DNA from: a virus
Lineage: Duplodnaviria > Caudoviricetes
Strand: one strand, 5' to 3'
Length of the DNA stretch: 56,241 bases
IMG/VR virus record: IMGVR_UViG_3300038825_000174
Coordinates: 1 to 56,241 of that record
The stretch's first letter is position 1. Every line of letters starts with the position of its first letter. Positions 27,169-34,953 of the stretch are shown one piece after another. Both the position numbers and the translations under genes were made by a program. The notes under the pieces were generated by a model that worked only from the letters and a program-made list of their open reading frames with translations, did not search any database and had not been told where the DNA came from.

Positions 27169-28240
27169 TCTATGTGGTGGCACAGACAGTGCCTACCTCT
27201 CATGCCTTGACGCAGGTATTGATGTATCACCTGATGGTGAATACGAGTACCACACATTTGAGACAGACAAGTATGCTAGTGCTGTATCAAGATACAGGAT
27301 ACCTCATGCTATACATCATGGTGATGCCAATGGTTGGGATAAACTAAAAGGTAGAGATGTCTTTCTGCTTATAGCAGGTTTCCCTTGTCAGCCTTATTCT
27401 GTGGCAGGTAAACAGCTTGGCACTTCAGATAGTCGTGACTTATCTGAGGTTATGTATCAGGCATTGGAAGGATTGAACCCTGAGTTCTATCTGTTTGAGA
27501 ATGTCGAGTCCAAAGCCAAGCATGAGTGGTACAAGCGTATTAGTGCCATACGTCCAGATGCACAGATGCGATCTCACAACAGTGGCAAGGTGTCAGGACA
27601 GGAGAGAAAGCGTGTCTACATAACTAACTCACCACATGACGAGTTGGCTGACATGGGCATCGTACTCAATGATGTGCTAGAAGATGGTGCTATGGCAGAT
27701 AGAGATAAGTCCTACTGCATTGATGCCAACTACTTCAAAGGTGGTAGCATGAAGATGTACTACGAGAAAGCACGTAGGCAGATAGTCTATGTGCAAGGTG
27801 AGAAGATTGCTCTCAAGTCTAAGAAGTGTAGACAAGTTGGCGAAGCTGATCTCAAAGGCTACGACATCATCAAGCGTGTGTATAGTAGGTGGGGCAAGAG
27901 TCCTACCCTGACTACCATGCAAGGTGGATGGCGAATGCCCAAGGTAGAGTGTGACAATTGGATAAACCAAACCACTTTACTAAAAGACAATGCAGATGTG
28001 GACGAACTTTTTTGGAGAGCATTAACACCTTTAGAATGTGAACGTCTACAGACTTTGCCTGATGAGTGGACACAGTATGGAGACTTTTATGAGTACGAAG
28101 AAATAGAGATGCCTTACGAAACTGTCACACACAGAGTTCGTAAGACTAAACGTATATCAAACAGCCAACGCTACAAGATGATCGGCAATGGCTTCACTCG
28201 TGCAGTGATCTCGCACATATTAGAAGGAGTATATACATGA
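27146..28240 (+). CDS. DNA (cytosine-5) methyltransferase
   Basis: Catalytic GFPCQ, ENV, Q.R.R.Y, RALTPLECERLQTLPD and GNG motifs; GGAG RBS before ATG 27146. Confidence 0.88.
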   Translation: MQKKIVVSLCGGTDSAYLSCLDAGIDVSPDGEYEYHTFETDKYASAVSRYRIPHAIHHGDANGWDKLKGRDVFLLIAGFPCQPYSVAGKQLGTSDSRDLSEVMYQALEGLNPEFYLFENVESKAKHEWYKRISAIRPDAQMRSHNSGKVSGQERKRVYITNSPHDELADMGIVLNDVLEDGAMADRDKSYCIDANYFKGGSMKMYYEKARRQIVYVQGEKIALKSKKCRQVGEADLKGYDIIKRVYSRWGKSPTLTTMQGGWRMPKVECDNWINQTTLLKDNADVDELFWRALTPLECERLQTLPDEWTQYGDFYEYEEIEMPYETVTHRVRKTKRISNSQRYKMIGNGFTRAVISHILEGVYT

Positions 28241-28458
28241 AACGAATAACATTACCTAAGGATGTATGGGTATCATTGTATGGCAGATTACATGATACAA
28301 TCAGGCATTCAAATAGAATACAGGAGCTACCCTTGAGAGATGCATTCAAGGATGATGACGTAAGGGATGAAGTCCTGAACATAATGAACTTTTATTTTGA
28401 CAGAGGTTTCCCTGTCGGATTAACAAATGAAACAGAGGTGGTGATACATGACAACTAA
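28237..28458 (+). CDS. Hypothetical protein
   Basis: AGGAG RBS, ATGA coupling. Confidence 0.55.
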   Translation: MKRITLPKDVWVSLYGRLHDTIRHSNRIQELPLRDAFKDDDVRDEVLNIMNFYFDRGFPVGLTNETEVVIHDN

Positions 28459-28636
28459 GCTTATACAATATGCAGTAGTGTTTGAGCCTTTCGAAGAGGA
28501 AGGCTTAACCTACGTCAAACAAGGGTGTGGTGCTATGTGGACAGAGGATAGTCCTGTAAAGGTATTCGATACACAAGAGGACGCACAGAAGGAAGCAGAC
28601 AAATGGAACACAGGACAGGTGGTGCAGTATGGATGA
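28448..28636 (+). CDS. Hypothetical protein
   Basis: GAGGTG RBS; FDTQEDAQKEADKW. Confidence 0.55.
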   Translation: MTTKLIQYAVVFEPFEEEGLTYVKQGCGAMWTEDSPVKVFDTQEDAQKEADKWNTGQVVQYG

Positions 28637-28856
28637 TGATGATGATGTAAAACAACAAGCCTTGGAACAGGCACAACAAGCCTATGGATTATTCATATGG
28701 TTTGTGAAGTGGTTCAGCTACATTATGATAACATTGATTGTTATAATGTTTATGAACAACTGGTTTGATGATGGCACAGGCAGTATGTTTATGCCAGATG
28801 AAATATATGAAGATCAATACGACCCAAAGGGTCTTAACAAAAAGAAAGGAATATAG
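28629..28856 (+). CDS. Small membrane protein
   Basis: Single hydrophobic segment. Confidence 0.5.
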   Translation: MDDDDDVKQQALEQAQQAYGLFIWFVKWFSYIMITLIVIMFMNNWFDDGTGSMFMPDEIYEDQYDPKGLNKKKGI

Positions 28857-29090
28857 ATGAAAGCATATCACAATAAAGGCTTTGGCATGGCATTCTTTGT
28901 AGTGTTCCTGCTACTCGTACCTGTGCCTATACTAGCACTGTGGGCAGCCGATGGGCAGGATTGGGTGGACAGGTTTACTACAAAGTATTTCTCACCTTGG
29001 CAATCAGAGTGTTGGGAAACAGCCAAGCATGAACGAGTGTGCAAGGGTGACAACCAATGCAAATGGTTCAGGAATTTCTGCCATGACTGA
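28857..29090 (+). CDS. Small membrane-anchored Cys-containing protein
   Basis: N-terminal TM; four Cys in the C-terminal part. Confidence 0.55.
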   Translation: MKAYHNKGFGMAFFVVFLLLVPVPILALWAADGQDWVDRFTTKYFSPWQSECWETAKHERVCKGDNQCKWFRNFCHD

Positions 29091-29175
29091 GGGGCAAGTA
29101 TTATTATTGACAATAGCATTCGTTATCCTTATAACATTGATAACCAATGCAACTATAGGAGTATTTATATCATGA
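29083..29175 (+). CDS. Small hydrophobic peptide (30 aa)
   Basis: MTEGQVLLLTIAFVILITLITNATIGVFIS; coupled on both sides. Confidence 0.4.
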   Translation: MTEGQVLLLTIAFVILITLITNATIGVFIS

Positions 29176-29360
29176 TTGATAAAACAAAAAGAACACTTAG
29201 GCGATTAACACAATGTGTTAAGGACAACCCTGACTTGTTACAAAGTTTTGTAACACTTGCAGTAGAGTACGAGAAGCTAGGTCTAATTAAATTAGACTCA
29301 GTTGGAATGAATCGTGAGTCACTAACAGAACATTTTGAAAGGAGTGTAGCATATGAATAG
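29172..29360 (+). CDS. Hypothetical protein
   Basis: AGGAG RBS, ATGA coupling. Confidence 0.5.
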   Translation: MIDKTKRTLRRLTQCVKDNPDLLQSFVTLAVEYEKLGLIKLDSVGMNRESLTEHFERSVAYE

Positions 29361-29853
29361 ATTTATTATTGAAGAAAATGCAATTGATATTGCAAAGTCA
29401 CTATGTGATCAGCATATAGTGAAGATGCCACTAGAGGAAGCACAGATGCTATGCACTGCACTATGGCATCATGCACCTGAATATGCAGAGGAGAAAGATT
29501 TGTACAAGCCTGTTCATCAGAAGCATCCTTGCACACTGTGGGCTATGGAGTGTCAACTAAACTATGCTTTTGCTTTTAGGTTGTATGATGCTATGCTAAA
29601 TGAATATACAGCTAGGTATGGTAAGAAGCATGGTGCAAGTAAGCATTGGGTTTCTTTATATTATGGTACAAACTATGTGCCTAATACAACTAACTTTAGA
29701 ACACCTCACCCACAGTGTTTCAGTGGGCTTGATCATCTCAAGACTGACGAGCAATATCCTATCAAGGCATATCGTGAGTTTTACAAGGCAGACAAGCTCA
29801 AGTTTGCACGTTATACCAAGGGCAGACCTATGCCTGAGTGGATGGCTGCATGA
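29353..29853 (+). CDS. Pyrimidine-dimer DNA glycosylase (endonuclease V)-like protein
   Basis: CDQHIVKMPLE.AQMLCTA, YK..H..HPCT.W and I.AYR.FY motifs. Confidence 0.7.
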   Translation: MNRFIIEENAIDIAKSLCDQHIVKMPLEEAQMLCTALWHHAPEYAEEKDLYKPVHQKHPCTLWAMECQLNYAFAFRLYDAMLNEYTARYGKKHGASKHWVSLYYGTNYVPNTTNFRTPHPQCFSGLDHLKTDEQYPIKAYREFYKADKLKFARYTKGRPMPEWMAA

Positions 29854-29987
29854 ACAAGTATAGCAAGCACAAGAAGACCAGACGAGAGATACTGACAGAT
29901 CTGTTGGTAGCTGTTGTTTGCATAGCAATAATTGGTGGGATGCTAGTGTATGCCCACTTTGATATAGTGAGTATTGTAAATGAGTGA
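29850..29987 (+). CDS. Small membrane protein (45 aa)
   Basis: Read manually: basic N-terminus followed by TM LLVAVVCIAIIGGMLVYA. Confidence 0.45.
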   Translation: MNKYSKHKKTRREILTDLLVAVVCIAIIGGMLVYAHFDIVSIVNE

Positions 29988-30072
29988 GAACTTTAGAATT
30001 ACACTGCTGATAATATGGGTGAATCTTATATTAGCAGTGGCAACACATGAGGTAGGCAAATGGCTATTTTAG
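29980..30072 (+). CDS. Small hydrophobic peptide (30 aa)
   Basis: MSENFRITLLIIWVNLILAVATHEVGKWLF; overlaps both neighbours. Confidence 0.35.
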   Translation: MSENFRITLLIIWVNLILAVATHEVGKWLF

Positions 30073-30491
30073 AAACAGCATTTATGTGCATGGCACTTAA
30101 CATGTATCATGAAGCAAAGAATCAATCTATGCTTGGGCAGATTGCCGTAGGGCAAGTTGTCATGAACAGGGTAGAAGATACTAGGTTTCCTGATAATGTT
30201 TGTGATGTAATAACCGAAGCTGTTACATACAAAGGTACAGACAAACCTGTACTGCACAAATGCCAGTTCAGTTGGTATTGTGATGGGCAGAAAGACGAGC
30301 CTTTGTATGACAGCGAAGAGTGGTGGAATGCACAAGAGTATGCATCCATTGTCCTGTCAGGCACAATCGTGCTTGATGTGACAGAGGGTGCTACACATTA
30401 CCATGCAACCTATGTGCGTCCTGCATGGGCAAAGACTAAGACACGCACAACCAGAATTGACCGACATATTTTTTATCGTTGGGAAAAATAG
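30060..30491 (+). CDS. Cell wall hydrolase, SleB/Hydrolase_2 family
   Basis: C.A.N.YHEA....GQ.AV.QVVMNRV...FP..VC.V, CQFSW, GATHYHA.YV.P.W, HIFY. Confidence 0.9.
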   Translation: MAILETAFMCMALNMYHEAKNQSMLGQIAVGQVVMNRVEDTRFPDNVCDVITEAVTYKGTDKPVLHKCQFSWYCDGQKDEPLYDSEEWWNAQEYASIVLSGTIVLDVTEGATHYHATYVRPAWAKTKTRTTRIDRHIFYRWEK

Positions 30492-30552
30492 TACTTGATT
30501 ATTTATTTAGATAGTATATCTTTAACACATAAACAACATAAGGAGAACTAAC

Positions 30553-31407
30553 ATGGCTTTAGATTTTACAAACAACGCACTTGGAGAACTTCCAATTTAT
30601 TTAGACTTTACTACACGTACTGAGCCTACACGTATGGCAGGTAAGAAGTACGTCATCAACAATGATACTGATGAGGTCATTGGTATTGTTGGTAGCAAGT
30701 TCAACTCTGTTACACACAAAGAGTTCTTTGATAAGGTGTGCAGAACTATGTCTGAACAGCTTGGTGATGAAGCAATGGAAGGTGCAAATGTAAAGTGGAA
30801 CAATGCACGTAATGGTGCATTCGCTATGCTTGACGCAACCCTACCTGCGACTAAGGCGTTAATCACGACTGATAAGCAACAGACAGAAATATCACAAAGA
30901 GTGATAGCTCTGCATGGTGTGGATGGTTTATGTTCTAACCAAGTATTCTTTGGTGCAATAGATTTCTTCTGCACAAATGGTATGATCAGAGGTGAGCATG
31001 ACAAGGTGCGAAGAAAGAACACTACTAACTTCAGCATGTCTGCCTTTATTAAGGAGCTAGAGGATGCTAACAGTGACTTCTATTCACAGGCTGAACAGCT
31101 ACAGGAGTGGGCAAGAACACCTCTTGAGTATAACTCAGTGAGAGATATGCTTCACTCTCTCATGGGTTCTGAGAAGAAAGGTGATAAGATGCTTGGCTTG
31201 TATGCACAAGAGGTACAAACAAGAGGACACAATGCCTTTGCTCTGTACTCTGCATTCACTAACTATGCATCATATGCAGATGAGAGAAATGGTTTCAAGC
31301 TACGTAACACAGGCAATGATACCAATGCTATCAGCATGTGGGGACGTGAGCAGGAAGTTACCAAGTGGGTATCATCAAAGCAGTTCAAAGAACTGGTTGC
31401 TGCTTAA
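30553..31407 (+). CDS. DUF932/DUF945-like protein
   Basis: GIVGSKF..V.H, HG.DG..S, FFCTNGM and ALYSAFTNYASY motifs; AGGAG RBS. Confidence 0.65.
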   Translation: MALDFTNNALGELPIYLDFTTRTEPTRMAGKKYVINNDTDEVIGIVGSKFNSVTHKEFFDKVCRTMSEQLGDEAMEGANVKWNNARNGAFAMLDATLPATKALITTDKQQTEISQRVIALHGVDGLCSNQVFFGAIDFFCTNGMIRGEHDKVRRKNTTNFSMSAFIKELEDANSDFYSQAEQLQEWARTPLEYNSVRDMLHSLMGSEKKGDKMLGLYAQEVQTRGHNAFALYSAFTNYASYADERNGFKLRNTGNDTNAISMWGREQEVTKWVSSKQFKELVAA

Positions 31408-32492
31408 TGAAGCTACCTCGCTACATGTATAAGAGGTACACACCTAAGGGGGATCGGACATTCAGGTTCAGTCCCCCTCGTCAACTTATTGACAGTGGTG
31501 TTGTATGTCGCAGAGAACTTGGTAAAAATTTTAATGAAGCAAAAAAAGTTGCAGATGAATTAAACAAATTGATAGATGAATATCGTGAGGAAATGCTGAC
31601 AGAGTCTGTGGTCACACGATCTACAACCCTGTCAGAATTATGTGACATATATCTTTTGTCTAATGATTTCAATGCTTTACGTGACTCAACTAAAGCTGAT
31701 TACATCTACTTTATTAAGATACTTTGCCTAGATTTAGGTGAGAAAAAGTGGCATACTATATCTAGTAGGTTGGCTAAGAGGACTTATGAACTCTGGGTCA
31801 GACGTGGTGTGTCACTTGCAAACCATGTGTGTAGTATTGCATCACGGATATACAACTATGCGACTGAGATGGAGTATGGGAATCACAACCCATTCTCTAA
31901 CATTAGACGTAAGTCTACCAAACCCAGACGTGTAGTGTGGGCAAAGGAACATGTGCGTCAATTTCTTGACTATGCTTATGCCAACTATGAGTACAGGAGC
32001 ATTGGCTTGATAGTGCAGATGGCATATGAGTGGTGTCAGAGGATAGGTGATATGCGTTTGCTCACTTGGAATGACCTTGACATGGACAAGGGTATGCTCA
32101 CATTAGAGCAGTCCAAGCGTAGGTCAAAGGTGTTTCTGCCTATCAGTGACAGCTTGTATGACATGTTGTATGAACAGCAGGGTGACTTTGGCTTTCAACA
32201 GTACGTAGCTCCCAATGTAAGCCCCATACAGGGCGAGTACAAGCCTTATGGGTTGGAGAGTGTATCAAAGATTGCAAAGCGTGTCATGAAGCATTTAAAC
32301 CTGCCTGATGAACTCCGACTTATGGATCTCAGAAGGACAGGAGTTACAGAAATGATTGACAGTGGAGTCCCAATGGGGCAACTTATGTCAGTGACAGGTC
32401 ACACAAATGTACAGTCTGTCAAGCCGTACATGAAACACACTTATGAGAGTGCTAAGAATGCTCTCAACACAAGGAGTAAATATAATGCATAG
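31407..32492 (+). CDS. Tyrosine recombinase/integrase
   Basis: Catalytic R (QRIGD), K (QSKR), MDLRR in place of HxLR, TGH, and Y (KPYM); TAATG-coupled start at 31407. Confidence 0.85.
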   Translation: MKLPRYMYKRYTPKGDRTFRFSPPRQLIDSGVVCRRELGKNFNEAKKVADELNKLIDEYREEMLTESVVTRSTTLSELCDIYLLSNDFNALRDSTKADYIYFIKILCLDLGEKKWHTISSRLAKRTYELWVRRGVSLANHVCSIASRIYNYATEMEYGNHNPFSNIRRKSTKPRRVVWAKEHVRQFLDYAYANYEYRSIGLIVQMAYEWCQRIGDMRLLTWNDLDMDKGMLTLEQSKRRSKVFLPISDSLYDMLYEQQGDFGFQQYVAPNVSPIQGEYKPYGLESVSKIAKRVMKHLNLPDELRLMDLRRTGVTEMIDSGVPMGQLMSVTGHTNVQSVKPYMKHTYESAKNALNTRSKYNA

Positions 32493-33267
32493 TTTATATA
32501 ACACTATAAATGATATAGATATATTAAATGGTGAAACAAAAAGAATGAACTGTCCTGAGTGTGGTGGGTTCAAGACCTTCACCATCACTAACAACATGGG
32601 CAGAATGCTGTGGAATTGTTACAAAGCTTCTTGCAGTATTAGTGGATCTAAGCCTGTGCATCTATCTGTAGAGGACATCAAGAGAACTTTGCGTAGAGAG
32701 GAGAAACAGGCTGAACATTTTGTAATGCCAGAATATATCGTGCCATACAAGGGGCAGCGTGACATTACTAGGTTCATGGAAAGGTTTGACTTGATGGGTG
32801 GATTATATCATGATGTAAAAGATAATCGTGCAGTGTTTCCCATTGTGCATGATGGCATTACAGTTGATGCAATAGGGCGAAGTCTCAGAAATAGTTTGCC
32901 TAAATGGAAAAGATATGGGAATAGTGGCTTGCCATTTACATCTGGTTGTGGTAAAGTCGCTGTAGTTGTTGAGGACTGTGTCAGTGCCGTAGTTGTAGGC
33001 AGTGACGTGTATGTTGGGGTTGCTGTGTTAGGCACATCACTGTCTGATATACACAAGAGGTACTTGTCACAGTTCTCTTCAGCAATTGTAGCTCTTGATC
33101 CTGATGCCCTACCCAAGGCAACAGAGATGTGTAAAGATCTCAGGAGTGTAGTAGACACAGTAAAGGTACTTAGATTAACCGATGATTTGAAATACAAGCA
33201 TCCTAACGACATTGAAAAACTAACAGCAATAGGAGAAGAACTAAATGGAACAAGCATTAATACGTAG
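32485..33267 (+). CDS. DNA primase (zinc finger plus Toprim)
   Basis: CPECGG...WNCYKASC zinc finger; VEDCVSA and LDPDA Toprim motifs. Confidence 0.85.
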   Translation: MHSLYNTINDIDILNGETKRMNCPECGGFKTFTITNNMGRMLWNCYKASCSISGSKPVHLSVEDIKRTLRREEKQAEHFVMPEYIVPYKGQRDITRFMERFDLMGGLYHDVKDNRAVFPIVHDGITVDAIGRSLRNSLPKWKRYGNSGLPFTSGCGKVAVVVEDCVSAVVVGSDVYVGVAVLGTSLSDIHKRYLSQFSSAIVALDPDALPKATEMCKDLRSVVDTVKVLRLTDDLKYKHPNDIEKLTAIGEELNGTSINT

Positions 33268-34468
33268 TCTGATGAACAAAGACTTCTATGATGATCATAG
33301 AGGTATTCGCTGTCCTGATAAACTATTTACCAAGGACATGCGAAAGATAAAAAACTCTGTGGATTATGCCATGCAACAGTATGATAGGACTGTCACACCT
33401 GATGAGGTTGAGGTCTTGTTCATGGCAAACAATCCTACACTTACCACTGCACAGAAGCAAGCATATGGTGATCTGTTTACACGTATCAAGAAAGAGTCAC
33501 CTCTTGGTAATGATGTAGCACAGGAAGTATTATCCAAGCTGTTTCAGCAGGTGGTGGGTGAAGAGATAGCTAACCTTGGCTTTGATTATGTGAATGGTTC
33601 ACAGTCTAGCCTTGAACCTCTACGCAATCTGTTAGAGCAGTATGGTGATGACTTCATACCTACCATGAACATAGAGTGGGCTGACATTTCTATTGAGACT
33701 TTGCTTGCAAAGAATGCAATGGAAGCACGTTGGGCATTCAACATACCTAGCCTTACACGTAAGATAGAGGGTGTGAATGAAGGACACTTGATCGAAGTTG
33801 GAGCTAGACCCAATACAGGTAAGACATCTTTCCATGCATCTATGATTGCAGGTGACAATGGCTTTGCCAGACAGGGTGCTAGATGTGTTGTGTTATGTAA
33901 TGAAGAGTCAGTGCATAGGGTGGGTATGCGTTACCTGACTGCAAGTTCTAACATGAATCAATACGAGATCAAAGATAATCCCAAGGTTGCACACGAGAGA
34001 TACTCTGCCGTAAAGGATAACATTAAGTTGTATGATTCTACAGGACGAGACATGGCATGGGTTGAAAGTATTGCTAAGTCTTTCAAACCTGATGTCGTTA
34101 TATTAGACATGGGTGACAAGTTTGCCAAGACAGCAGGATTTGCTAGGCAAGATGAAGCACTCAAGGCTAATGCTGTACATGCAAGAATGATTGCAAAGCA
34201 ATACAACTGTGCTATATTCTACATGTCACAGTTATCTGCAGAAGCAGAGGGCAAGGTTGTACTCAATCAAGCCATGATGGAAGGTAGTAGAACAGGTAAG
34301 GCTGCCGAAGCTGACCTTATGTTACTACTTGCCAAGAACCCTGACGTTGAAGGTGAAGAGGAGCAAAGTCCTCAGAGACATATCAACGTTGTAAAGAACA
34401 AACTATCTGGTTGGCATGGCAAGATTGTCTGTGAACTAGACTACAAGACAGCGAGGTACACAGCATGA
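33245..34468 (+). CDS. Replicative DnaB-like (SF4) helicase
   Basis: Walker A GARPNTGKT; NEE, SQL and KNK.SG motifs. Confidence 0.88.
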   Translation: MEQALIRSLMNKDFYDDHRGIRCPDKLFTKDMRKIKNSVDYAMQQYDRTVTPDEVEVLFMANNPTLTTAQKQAYGDLFTRIKKESPLGNDVAQEVLSKLFQQVVGEEIANLGFDYVNGSQSSLEPLRNLLEQYGDDFIPTMNIEWADISIETLLAKNAMEARWAFNIPSLTRKIEGVNEGHLIEVGARPNTGKTSFHASMIAGDNGFARQGARCVVLCNEESVHRVGMRYLTASSNMNQYEIKDNPKVAHERYSAVKDNIKLYDSTGRDMAWVESIAKSFKPDVVILDMGDKFAKTAGFARQDEALKANAVHARMIAKQYNCAIFYMSQLSAEAEGKVVLNQAMMEGSRTGKAAEADLMLLLAKNPDVEGEEEQSPQRHINVVKNKLSGWHGKIVCELDYKTARYTA

Positions 34469-34953
34469 ATACATTTAAGCCTATTAAAGGTGCATACACT
34501 AGGAAGTTTAAACCCTACTCGTATGCCAAGAATGATGGTGTAGCTAAAGATGCAGTGTCAGGTTACTTAATTAGGAACGGACACACTATCTTATCTACTG
34601 AAGAAGATTATTCTTTTGATATCAAGAGTGAGAAGAATGGTAATACATACTACTCAGAGGTTGAGATGAAGAGACAATGGTTTGGGGATTGGCTACCATC
34701 TTGGAAAGAGATTAGGATTCCCTATCGTAAATTTAAATTATTAAATAAGTTTAAAGAGATGAATGAAAAAGATGCATTCTTTAATTTTTATGTTATAAGA
34801 GGTGACATGGAGTATGCATGGAGAATAAAAGATTATCAGTTTACACCTGAGACTGTGCAAGAGATATACTTATCTAACGCAAGAAGATATGAATACTTCT
34901 TTCACATACCCTATCAGGAAGCTGAACTGGTACAACTAAAGGAAGATAAATGA
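34465..34953 (+). CDS. Putative PD-(D/E)XK-like nuclease
   Basis: FDI...Y.EVE.K pattern, IPYRK; AT-rich. Confidence 0.45.
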   Translation: MNTFKPIKGAYTRKFKPYSYAKNDGVAKDAVSGYLIRNGHTILSTEEDYSFDIKSEKNGNTYYSEVEMKRQWFGDWLPSWKEIRIPYRKFKLLNKFKEMNEKDAFFNFYVIRGDMEYAWRIKDYQFTPETVQEIYLSNARRYEYFFHIPYQEAELVQLKEDK

